Shown: positions 38,234 to 46,694 of the stretch, in pieces
Position numbering within the stretch: position 1 is the first letter of the stretch
How the letters are laid out: the number at the start of each line of letters is the position of its first letter
From: Candidatus Poribacteria bacterium
GTDB taxonomy: Bacteria; Poribacteria; WGA-4E; WGA-3G
Direction: 5' to 3'
Assembly (NCBI GenBank): GCA_965215265.1
Contig: OZ244048.1
Location: 3,584,001 to 3,648,000 of the forward strand
Length of the DNA: 64,000 bases
Made by a program: the position numbers and the translations under genes
Notes under the pieces: model-generated
Told to the model about the DNA's origin: nothing
The model's input: only the letters and a program-made list of their open reading frames with translations
The model's database searches: none

Positions 38234-39352
38234 ATGAAAAGGAGGCTAATGATGTCCCGTGTATATGTATGTTTAACGCTTTTAATGTCGATCATCGGTT
38301 GTAAATCGGAGACTTTACAAGAACATCTGCTTGAACCGCCGCCGCCGCTTATTAATTTCGCCCTCAGCCGGAACGGAGCAACTGCGACAGCCTCACAGTC
38401 AGTCGAGAACCATCTGCCGAGAGAAGTGATTGATGGGGACACAACCTCTGAAACATGGGATGAAGGCAGTGGTTGGGGGTGTAGTTTAGAACACCTCCGC
38501 ACCTCAGATTTGAACAAACGCCCTTATGTGCTCGTTGAGCTCGCGCGCGCCGTTGACATTCGCCGGATTGTTGTATGGACGATTGACGCTGCGCAGTACC
38601 CAGCAAACGAATTCGGACTGAAAGACTATCGGATTGAGTACTGGCATGGTACCGGATGGGGTTTAGTTCCGTCAGGAGATACCAAAGATAAGCAGTACAC
38701 TGCCCGGAATAACACCAAAGGCAGAAGGACTCATCAAATCAGGCAACGCCTAATTGCGAGTAAAGTCCGGCTTGTTCCGGTCTCGTCGAATGATACCGTG
38801 CGCAATTACCAACACATGGCAGGAAAACGGCCCGTCTACGACGTAAAAGGCATCGCACGTGTCATGGAATTGGAGATCTGGGGTTATGCAGCACCGGAAG
38901 TACACACACTCAAACAGATTGCGCAAGGGGTACCGCCTGAGTCGATTAGCCACACCGTGCCGATGGAGACACCAACCGAACAAGAAACCGCTGAACCGAC
39001 ATCCGAGAAAACTATCCGGCATGTCTTAAATCTGTACGAATTGGGTTATGATATGGCGAAGCTGGAGCAGGTGATGTCCTGTTTCTCAACGGCGTACTTG
39101 TCTAATGGACGCACGTATCAAGACGTTCAAACTAAGGCAGCGCGATTTTTTGAAATGTACCATCAGATTGACATGACGCTCACAAACATCGACATTCATC
39201 CGAACATCGCTGATGATACAGCGATTGTAACCGGCGGTTATACGCTGCAGTATCGTTCAAAAGCAGACGGGACGGTTCGGCAGACATCCGGAAAATTGAC
39301 CTTGGTTTTAGCAAGCGAAGATGAGACGTGGCGCATCATCCGGGCAGAATAG
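38234..39352 (+). CDS. Lipoprotein with a discoidin (F5/8 type C)-like domain and an NTF2-like domain
   Basis: Lipobox IIGC; NFALSRNGATATAS...IDGD; C-terminal WRII. Confidence 0.7.
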   Translation: MKRRLMMSRVYVCLTLLMSIIGCKSETLQEHLLEPPPPLINFALSRNGATATASQSVENHLPREVIDGDTTSETWDEGSGWGCSLEHLRTSDLNKRPYVLVELARAVDIRRIVVWTIDAAQYPANEFGLKDYRIEYWHGTGWGLVPSGDTKDKQYTARNNTKGRRTHQIRQRLIASKVRLVPVSSNDTVRNYQHMAGKRPVYDVKGIARVMELEIWGYAAPEVHTLKQIAQGVPPESISHTVPMETPTEQETAEPTSEKTIRHVLNLYELGYDMAKLEQVMSCFSTAYLSNGRTYQDVQTKAARFFEMYHQIDMTLTNIDIHPNIADDTAIVTGGYTLQYRSKADGTVRQTSGKLTLVLASEDETWRIIRAE

Positions 39353-39443
39353 TCCCACCGTTTATTAGCGATGTCTATTGGTACCGCAAAATAGACCTAT
39401 CATCTGTTTTGACAATATCTCTTTGATGCTATGCCTAAGAAAT

Positions 39444-39508
39444 CTCCGACGAGATTTACACCGGATTTCACATAACATAACCCTTGATGGTACGGAGATA
39501 TACGAAAA
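39444..39508 (-). repeat. Two-box dispersed repeat copy upstream of phyH
   Basis: Reverse complement TTTTCGTATATCTCCGTACCATCA-N20-CCGGTGTAAATCTCGTCGGAG; the tail CTTAGGCATAGC is shared with the copy at 5441. Confidence 0.85.
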
Positions 39509-39562
39509 ATTGTGTCTCATAATTCCACGGGTGAACCGTGCACGTGATGAAAGGAGTTGAAA

Positions 39563-40390
39563 ATGGAAGGCAACGAACCCTCTCATGTTTGGGTAAAATC
39601 ATACATCAACGATGGATATCTGATGCTGCCGAACCTGATTACACCAGAAGAATGTGAGGAATTAAAGGCAGAGATGCTGAAAATCTTTCGTGGTGATTAT
39701 GGGTGCGAATCGATTCCACCGATGGCGGCGACAGCCAGCGAGACGGAGGTTTTAGATAGAATTATGTGCGTTGGCGAGCCGCATGTCTTTAGCCCGCTCG
39801 TGCGTCATTACGTTGAACATCCCAAAATTTGTGAGGTGCTTCAAGCGATTGTCGGTGCGCATATCCCGTTTTGGGATGGCGGTGTAAAGTGCATGCAGTC
39901 CATGATGTTAGGAAAGGCACCAGGGCATAACGGTAACCCGTGGCATCAGGATGAACACCCAATTCCGACACGCGACCGTTCTCTTATCGGTGTCTGGATA
40001 ACGTTAGATGATGCCACCGTTGAAAATGGCTGTCTATGGATATTGCCTAATAGCCATCGTCTTGGTGTAATTTACGACAGGCATCCACACAATAAACAGC
40101 ACGAATTTGACAGTTGTCACGAAGCCGTCGGTTTCGATGACAGCGACGAAATTCCGGTTGAGATGACAGCTGGGAGCGTTCTCTTTTTCAACGGTTACCT
40201 GTTACACCGTTCGAAAAAGAATAGGAGCAACGGTTTTCGCCGCATTTTAGTGAGTCACTACTGCACAACTGCCTCATGGTTAGGTTGGAAGGGGGAGCGT
40301 AACTATCGCGGAGTTGTGGTTGTTGCTGGTGCGGATCCGTATGCCGCCGAGGGCTATGTTACGCCAAACGCCTGGGCGCGCTGGGAATAA
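39563..40390 (+). CDS. Phytanoyl-CoA dioxygenase (PhyH) family protein
   Basis: DGYL, PWHQD, ENGCLWILPNSH, LLHRS. Confidence 0.9.
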   Translation: MEGNEPSHVWVKSYINDGYLMLPNLITPEECEELKAEMLKIFRGDYGCESIPPMAATASETEVLDRIMCVGEPHVFSPLVRHYVEHPKICEVLQAIVGAHIPFWDGGVKCMQSMMLGKAPGHNGNPWHQDEHPIPTRDRSLIGVWITLDDATVENGCLWILPNSHRLGVIYDRHPHNKQHEFDSCHEAVGFDDSDEIPVEMTAGSVLFFNGYLLHRSKKNRSNGFRRILVSHYCTTASWLGWKGERNYRGVVVVAGADPYAAEGYVTPNAWARWE

Positions 40391-40470
40391 TTATTGAAGA
40401 GCTTGCGAAAAAGGTTATCAATGATGAAGAGGATGAATGATGTTTAGAGTCAATACATCACATCGAACGG

Positions 40471-40562
40471 CTCCGACGAGATTTACACAGTCATTGACAC
40501 AACATCAGGCGTTGTAGAGCTCCTGTATACGAAAAAGCGTTGATGGTATGGAGATATACGAA
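40471..40562 (-). repeat. Two-box dispersed repeat: one full unit (40471-40535) plus a half unit (40537-40562)
   Basis: CTCCGACGAGATTTACACA...TATACGAAAA followed by TTGATGGTATGGAGATATACGAA. Confidence 0.8.
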
Positions 40563-40567
40563 TAGGC

Positions 40568-43369
40568 TTACTTCATAATCACCATGCGGCGCGTCGTTTG
40601 AAACTCGCCGGTGCTTGCATCGACAGGTTGGACTGTAAATGTATAGAAATAGATGCCGCTCGCAGCGTAAGCGCCAAATTCATCTCTCCCGTTCCAATAT
40701 GCCGCTTTTTCTTGGCTTTGATAACTGCCTCGGTCTTGTATTCCAATATTCAATCGTCGGACAAGCCGGCCCTGTACATCGTAGATGTCCACTGTAACAG
40801 CAGCCTTCTGTGCTAAATTGTAAGGGAGCCAGGTCTCGGGGTTAAAAGGATTCGGATAGTTTTGGAACACGGTTGTCTGTTTAATATGCCCAAGGGTTGT
40901 CAGTGTCCGCGATGCCGGGTCAATGGAAAACGGAACGTCCTCAGAGAGGAATCCAAGGTCGATCGGATTATAGATAAATGCGGAACCGGAATTATCACCG
41001 GCAGTATCATTACCGGCGGCTCCGACAATTGCAAAGGCCCCTTGGATAGCCACGGATGCGCCAAACAGATCTGCGCGATTCGCTTGTCCTGCGACAATCC
41101 GTCGTTTCTGTACCCACGAGAGATCTTCTCGTAAAAAGGTGTATGCAGATCCTTTGTCAATTTCCAATGTTAGGTCAATCCCTGCCCCGAGGGGATGATC
41201 GTCTTTCCACGCGCCAACAAGTGCAGTATTTTGATGAATAGCGACATCGGAGCCGAATTCATCCCCTGCTTCGCCGTCAGTTGCTATCAATTTCGCCTGT
41301 TGAACCCATGTGTCTTTAGTTTCGACGTAAATGTAGGCGGCACCCATGTCTTCTCCGCTGCGATCTTCTTTGGGTGCCCCAATAATCGCTGCATCTTCGC
41401 TCAGAGCCACGGCGTATCCGAATGCATCCCCGACACCTGTATCGTTGGGTATAAGTTTGAGGGAAAAGTGATTCCAAGAATCACCATTGCGGGTAAAGAG
41501 GTACGCCGCGCCGGAGTCAGGTCCCGTAGTATTACTCAATGGGGTACCAACAAGGACGCTATCGCCGTTAACTGCTACAGAGAAGCCAAACAGGTCGCCC
41601 GGTACCGCGTCTGGATGTGTGAGTTTTGCTTGTTGTGCCCAATTCGTGCCGTTTCGGATAAAAATATAGGCTGCACCGGAATCTTCTCCGACTTCATCTT
41701 TTCCGGCTGCTCCAACTACAGCAGTGTTTTCATGGATAGCAACGGTCGTGCCGAATCTATCGAACATTCCGACATCTGCGCCGATGAGTTTTGCTTGTTG
41801 AAACCATTCATCTGCAACCCGTAGAAAAACGTAGACCGAACCTGCTTCAGGTCCGGCATCATCCACCCCTACTGCCCCAATAACAGCAGTGTCCCCGCTG
41901 AGGGCGACAGTACTTCCAAATAGGTCTCCGGCTTTTGCATCGTCAGCCACCAGCTTTGTGCGTTGTAACCAGAGTGTGCCGCTCCGTTCGAAAACGTAGA
42001 CCGCGCCGGCATTTGGCGCGGCACTATCATCTTGCTGCGCACCTGAAATGGCGAAATTTCCACTAATCGAGACAGATATCCCGAACTGTTCCTCGGATGC
42101 AGTGTCCCCGTCGCTCAATTGGACAGTTTCGACCCAGCCGCCTTCTTCTCTTTTTTCAAAAATAGAAGCGGCACCGGAGGCGAGTCCACCGGCACTATGC
42201 TTCGGGGCCCCTGCAATCACCTCATCTCCATGAATGGCGACAGAGAATCCGAGCTGATCTCCGGCACTCCGTTCGCTTGCAGCGAGTTTCGTGTCTTGGT
42301 TCCAGAACGGTGGATAGGTATGTGCAAAAATATAGACGGCCCCGACCGGCTCATCTCCGATAATACCCCCAGCTGCCCCAATGACAGCAATGTCTCCTTG
42401 GATAGCGACAGAAACGCCGAAAGCAGTTGCGCCTTCTGGATCTATGGGTATCATTCGTTGACGGATACGGTTTCTTTTCTGTTTCCACTCGGTGCCTTCA
42501 CGTTTATAGATATAAACCGCGCCACTACCGCTGTTTCGAGGAGAACTTGCGATTGCAAAGTCACCATCAACATCCACAGCATATCCAAAATTATCCTCTG
42601 CTTTGGTGTTATTCCCAATGAGTTTCGCCTGAAAGCTCCATCCGAATTGATTTCGTATAAAAATGTAGGCGGCTCCTGCATCGTTCCCGGCTCCATCGTC
42701 TCGGGTGGCCCCGATGATGGCGGTATCTGCATCTATACCGACAGAGAAACCGAAATATGCGAATTTGTCTGCATCCGGTGCATTGAGCCGCGCGGTTTGA
42801 CTCCAGTTTGTGCCGGTGCGCTCAAAAACGTAGACGGTCCCTGCATCGGCATCGGGTTCATTTGAACGGTGTGCACCGACTAAAACGGTATTACCATCAA
42901 TGGCAACAGAAATACCAAAATAGTCGCCTCTATTCTCATCAGATGCGACCAATTTCGCTTGCTCAACCCATTCGAGCCCTTGCCTCGTAAAAACGTAAGC
43001 TGCACCTGAGCGTCTCCCGGCACCAGTTTTCCTAGGTGCGCCAACGACGACGTAGTCACCATCGATTGCCAGGGTTGTGCCGAATTCGTCTCCTTGTGCG
43101 GCATCATTGGCGTGCAGTTTTTGATGCTGCACCCATCCGGTTTCACTTCGAAAAAAGACCTGGATGGAGCCAGCATTTCTGCCATTATCGGTATCATCTT
43201 TCGGTACCCCGATAATCGCGTAATCGCCGCTGATGCCAACGCTTGCTCCAAGGTTATCACTTACCACCGCGGCACTCGTAGTAAGTTGGACCCTATCAGC
43301 GTTACCGCCTTTTATCAAACCGATCGCCAGGAATAAGGTGATGATTAAAACGACTTGTAGTCTATTCAC
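40568..43369 (-). CDS. Secreted FG-GAP (integrin-alpha-like) repeat protein with a T9SS/FlgD-like C-terminal domain
   Basis: About 14 D.FG.SVAI.GD.AIVGA...GAAYIF repeats; QNYPNPFNPETWLPY tail. Confidence 0.9.
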   Translation of the reverse strand: MNRLQVVLIITLFLAIGLIKGGNADRVQLTTSAAVVSDNLGASVGISGDYAIIGVPKDDTDNGRNAGSIQVFFRSETGWVQHQKLHANDAAQGDEFGTTLAIDGDYVVVGAPRKTGAGRRSGAAYVFTRQGLEWVEQAKLVASDENRGDYFGISVAIDGNTVLVGAHRSNEPDADAGTVYVFERTGTNWSQTARLNAPDADKFAYFGFSVGIDADTAIIGATRDDGAGNDAGAAYIFIRNQFGWSFQAKLIGNNTKAEDNFGYAVDVDGDFAIASSPRNSGSGAVYIYKREGTEWKQKRNRIRQRMIPIDPEGATAFGVSVAIQGDIAVIGAAGGIIGDEPVGAVYIFAHTYPPFWNQDTKLAASERSAGDQLGFSVAIHGDEVIAGAPKHSAGGLASGAASIFEKREEGGWVETVQLSDGDTASEEQFGISVSISGNFAISGAQQDDSAAPNAGAVYVFERSGTLWLQRTKLVADDAKAGDLFGSTVALSGDTAVIGAVGVDDAGPEAGSVYVFLRVADEWFQQAKLIGADVGMFDRFGTTVAIHENTAVVGAAGKDEVGEDSGAAYIFIRNGTNWAQQAKLTHPDAVPGDLFGFSVAVNGDSVLVGTPLSNTTGPDSGAAYLFTRNGDSWNHFSLKLIPNDTGVGDAFGYAVALSEDAAIIGAPKEDRSGEDMGAAYIYVETKDTWVQQAKLIATDGEAGDEFGSDVAIHQNTALVGAWKDDHPLGAGIDLTLEIDKGSAYTFLREDLSWVQKRRIVAGQANRADLFGASVAIQGAFAIVGAAGNDTAGDNSGSAFIYNPIDLGFLSEDVPFSIDPASRTLTTLGHIKQTTVFQNYPNPFNPETWLPYNLAQKAAVTVDIYDVQGRLVRRLNIGIQDRGSYQSQEKAAYWNGRDEFGAYAASGIYFYTFTVQPVDASTGEFQTTRRMVIMK

Positions 43370-43383
43370 GGGTGCCTCCTACA

Positions 43384-44004
43384 CTATGTGCGAAACGTTA
43401 GCCGAGAGAGCAGCAGACCTTTGTCATCTCCATACCACAAATGGGTGCCATCCCACGTCAGACCATGGGGTTCACTGGGACAAGTAACGGCATCAAGAAT
43501 TTCGCCGGATTCTGGATGAATGCGGTAAAGAACATGTTCATTTGTGTCTGCATTCCAAAGTGCTTCGCCATCCCATGCGAGCCCGTGTGCTCGTCCCCCG
43601 GGTGTTTGAAGTTCAGCAAGCATCTCGCCGGTTTCTGGACATTGCTTTACAAAGCGCTGAGTGTTCATGTCGACACTCCACAAGTGTGCACCGTCCCATG
43701 CCAATCCATGGGGGCCCTCTCCGGGGGCTCGGAAGCGGGTAACAACTTTTAATTCCGGGACTGTGAGTTTATAAAAGGTTTGCTGCCAGATGCTGTTGTA
43801 CCAGAGATGTTCGCCATCCCATTCTAAGCCGGCTCCACCTGGGTAGGGCGGCGATAAAGTGCTTTGCACCTCTCCGGTTTGGGCATCAATTTTATGGAGG
43901 GGGCCACCGCCTTCAACACTCCAGATAGCCCGTCCTTGCCATGCGAGTCCGTTCGTGCCGGCTCCGGGAGCCGGAAATTGTTGTGCAATTATTCCTTCAC
44001 GCAT
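43384..44004 (-). CDS. Glutamine cyclotransferase-like beta-propeller protein
   Basis: Five PG..xHGLAWDG..LW repeats; GGAGG ribosome-binding site before ATG 44004. Confidence 0.65.
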   Translation of the reverse strand: MREGIIAQQFPAPGAGTNGLAWQGRAIWSVEGGGPLHKIDAQTGEVQSTLSPPYPGGAGLEWDGEHLWYNSIWQQTFYKLTVPELKVVTRFRAPGEGPHGLAWDGAHLWSVDMNTQRFVKQCPETGEMLAELQTPGGRAHGLAWDGEALWNADTNEHVLYRIHPESGEILDAVTCPSEPHGLTWDGTHLWYGDDKGLLLSRLTFRT

Positions 44005-45250
44005 TTCTACCTCCACGGTAAGAAGTTCTCCCTGCTTTGCAGAGTGAATTCTTTTTTACCGATGTCAACTTCATTTCTCCGCCTCTTGCGGTTGATATCT
44101 CAAGTGCCTGTTTGAGTTCAGTAATAACCTCCGGTTCATCCTCGACTGCCAAACGAGTTTGTAATATCTGCTTGGCGGTGTCGCCGCCGATTTTCCCAAT
44201 CGCCCAGGCAGCATGTCCGCGAATTAGGGCTTCATCATCGTTTAGCGCAATTTTGAGTGCAGGTAACGCAGCCGGTGCCCCCCAATTGCCGATGGCAACA
44301 AGGACGTTCCGTAGGAATCCTCGGCGTTTAGCGCGCTTGATAGGGCTCCCCTTAAACCTTCTACTAAACTCGGTTTGCGTCATATTGATAAGCGACAGCA
44401 GCTTGGGTGCGAGGTTTCCATCGCGTGGTTGGAAGCCAGGTTCCGTTGTGGGTGTCGCTTTGCTGTTCCATGGACAAACTTCTTGACAGATATCGCATCC
44501 AAAGATAAGATTGCCCATTTTCGAACGAAGTTCCTTGGGGATACTCTCCTTAAGTTCAATTGTTAGATAAGAGATACATAGTCGCGAATCAAGCAGATTC
44601 GGTTCAATAATTGCATCAGTTGGGCAAGCCTCAATACACCGCGTGCAAGTACCGCAGCTGCCTTTCGCTGGTTGTTCTGTCGCTTCTAACTCGACATTGA
44701 TAAGGATCTCAGCGAGAAAATACCATGAACCGGAACGCCAATGAATGAGGTTAGTATTTTTGCCTATCCAACCGAGGCCGGCTTTTTGTGCGTACGCCCG
44801 TTCCAGCATTGGGGCGGTATCGACACAAATTCGGGTCTGGATTTCAGCTTCTGCGGCACGTTTAATAAAAACGACGAGATGTAAAAGACGTTCGCGAATC
44901 ACATCGTGGTAGTCATTCCCCCGGGCATATCGTGATATTTGCCCACGTCCGGGGTCGCGTGCTACCGTGTCAGGTAAATGTGGCGTGTAATAGTTTATGG
45001 CCAGGCTAATAATAGACTTCGCCTCTGTTAAAAGCAGGCGTGGATCTTCCTTGAGCAGCAAATGCTTTTCAAGATAGCCCATTTTTCCGGCGTACCCATT
45101 TTCAAGCCAGCACCGGTACCGGTTAATTGTTTCACTCCGTTCTGCAGGTGTAATTCCAACCAGTGCAAACCCCAATTCGTGTGCGCGGGACTGAATTTTT
45201 TGTGTTAAGGAATTATCCCCGCAAGCGGGGAGAAAGTTCTTAAACGTCAT
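43997..45250 (-). CDS. queG: Epoxyqueuosine reductase
   Basis: ISRYARGNDYH, VDTAP, GKNT, CGTCTRCIEACPT, GCDICQEVCPWN, HEAT repeat. Confidence 0.92.
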   Translation of the reverse strand: MTFKNFLPACGDNSLTQKIQSRAHELGFALVGITPAERSETINRYRCWLENGYAGKMGYLEKHLLLKEDPRLLLTEAKSIISLAINYYTPHLPDTVARDPGRGQISRYARGNDYHDVIRERLLHLVVFIKRAAEAEIQTRICVDTAPMLERAYAQKAGLGWIGKNTNLIHWRSGSWYFLAEILINVELEATEQPAKGSCGTCTRCIEACPTDAIIEPNLLDSRLCISYLTIELKESIPKELRSKMGNLIFGCDICQEVCPWNSKATPTTEPGFQPRDGNLAPKLLSLINMTQTEFSRRFKGSPIKRAKRRGFLRNVLVAIGNWGAPAALPALKIALNDDEALIRGHAAWAIGKIGGDTAKQILQTRLAVEDEPEVITELKQALEISTARGGEMKLTSVKKNSLCKAGRTSYRGGRNA

Positions 45251-45256
45251 AATTAC

Positions 45257-46327
45257 TTATGGGAAGGTACCACGTGGATACGAACCGAGGATTTTGACAC
45301 TTTGACACAAAGTTTCAAGTTGTTCAAGTGCAGATTGGAGGTTTTCATCGGCAACGTGGCCATCCATCTCAACGAAGAAAATGTACTCCCACGGTTGAGT
45401 TCGAGAAGGTAAAGACTCCAAGTAGCTCATATTCAGCCGATGTGTCTCTAAAATTCCGAGCACCTCAAACAGGGCCCCGACCTTATCGCGAATTGTAAAG
45501 AAGAGCGAGGTCCGATCTTCGCCGTTCGGTTTCGCTTTATCATTACCGATAACAAAGAAACGAGTGGTATTATTCGGTTCATCCATGATGGAATCGGCAA
45601 CTATCGGCACTTGATAAATGTCACTGGCAAGTTTGCTTGCAATGGCGGCCGTTGCAGGTTCATTGGCGGCACGTTGTGCAGCAACAGAGGTGCTGACTAC
45701 CTCAATTTGTTCAACCGATTTCATAAACTGATTTAACCAGACTCGGCACTGTGCAAAGGGTTGTCGATGCGAGTAAATACAACGAATTTCAGCAAGAGGT
45801 GATTTTGAAAGCAGATGCTGTTTAACGGGTTGGAAAACCTCGGCACAAATCTGCAGGGGTGTTTTTTGGAACTGTTCTAACACGTCTCGGACGGTCCCTT
45901 GTACAGAGTTTTCAATTGCAACAACACCATAGTCGGCTCGTTCCGTCTCCACCTCGGTAAAGATAGCGGTTTGCGGTTGAACAGGAACGAGTTGAACAGA
46001 GGCACCAAAATGGCATAAAGCTGCAAGATGCCCAAAACTCCCAATAGGGCCAAGGAAGGCGACGCGCTCGCGTGCTTGTAATGCGCGCGATGCTGACAAA
46101 ATTTCAGTCCAGATCGCCTCTAGGGCGGCATCTGGGAACACGCCATGGTTTTTGGATTTGAGGCGTTGTATGATTTCCCGGTGCCGATGCGGGACATAAA
46201 CCTTCGTTGTACCAGTTTCTGCTTTTACAGCCCCGACCTGTTTAGAAATTCCTGCCCGTTTTTGTAACAGGGATAAAATCTTGTCGTCAATTTCGTCAAT
46301 CTGCTTGCGGTATTCTTTCAGTTCCAT
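45257..46327 (-). CDS. pheA: Chorismate mutase/prephenate dehydratase (P-protein)
   Basis: RKQIDEID chorismate mutase domain; ENS, NTTRF; ACT domain ESLP...YIFFVE. Confidence 0.9.
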   Translation of the reverse strand: MELKEYRKQIDEIDDKILSLLQKRAGISKQVGAVKAETGTTKVYVPHRHREIIQRLKSKNHGVFPDAALEAIWTEILSASRALQARERVAFLGPIGSFGHLAALCHFGASVQLVPVQPQTAIFTEVETERADYGVVAIENSVQGTVRDVLEQFQKTPLQICAEVFQPVKQHLLSKSPLAEIRCIYSHRQPFAQCRVWLNQFMKSVEQIEVVSTSVAAQRAANEPATAAIASKLASDIYQVPIVADSIMDEPNNTTRFFVIGNDKAKPNGEDRTSLFFTIRDKVGALFEVLGILETHRLNMSYLESLPSRTQPWEYIFFVEMDGHVADENLQSALEQLETLCQSVKILGSYPRGTFP

Positions 46328-46351
46328 CTTCACAGTATTCAGTTGCAAGTA

Positions 46352-46419
46352 AGGCGGCGGGGCGGGTTTACAAACCGCGCCTAGGCGCTCAAGCGTATTA
46401 AAAAGCCAACCCCGCCTGG
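46352..46419. repeat. REP-like imperfect palindromes between the DUF5069-like gene and pheA
   Basis: GGCGGGTTTACAAACCGCGCCTAG, plus GGCGGGG...CCCCGCC complementarity. Confidence 0.4.
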
Positions 46420-46431
46420 CCGTCTATTCCA

Positions 46432-46677
46432 TTAACCGTTGAGTTTCCTCATGGCGGCAATCATTTCCTTGTCCGATGGGTTGTTTTTGACTATTTCAAC
46501 AAACTCTTCAGCAGTGATCTTATGTTCCTCCAGGAACATTTTATCTTGTGGTCACGGATAGATATAATCCCCGATGATGCCTTGTAATTTGGCATTGGCT
46601 TTATCGGTAATCCGAGCGAGCCACGGGAAATCGCCGATAATCATATCTCTGTGCCGTGGTTTCCAATCTAGAGCCAT
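46432..46677 (-). CDS. DUF5069-like putative selenoprotein (81 aa, Sec at codon 42)
   Basis: AAGGAGGT ribosome-binding site; MALDWKPRHRDMIIGDFPWLARITDKANAKLQGIIGDYIYP-TGA-PQDKMFLEEHKITAEEFVEIVKNNPSDKEMIAAMRKLNG; hairpin ATGTTCC-TGGA-GGAACAT after the UGA. Confidence 0.8.
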
Positions 46678-46694
46678 GGCTTTCACCTCCTTTT

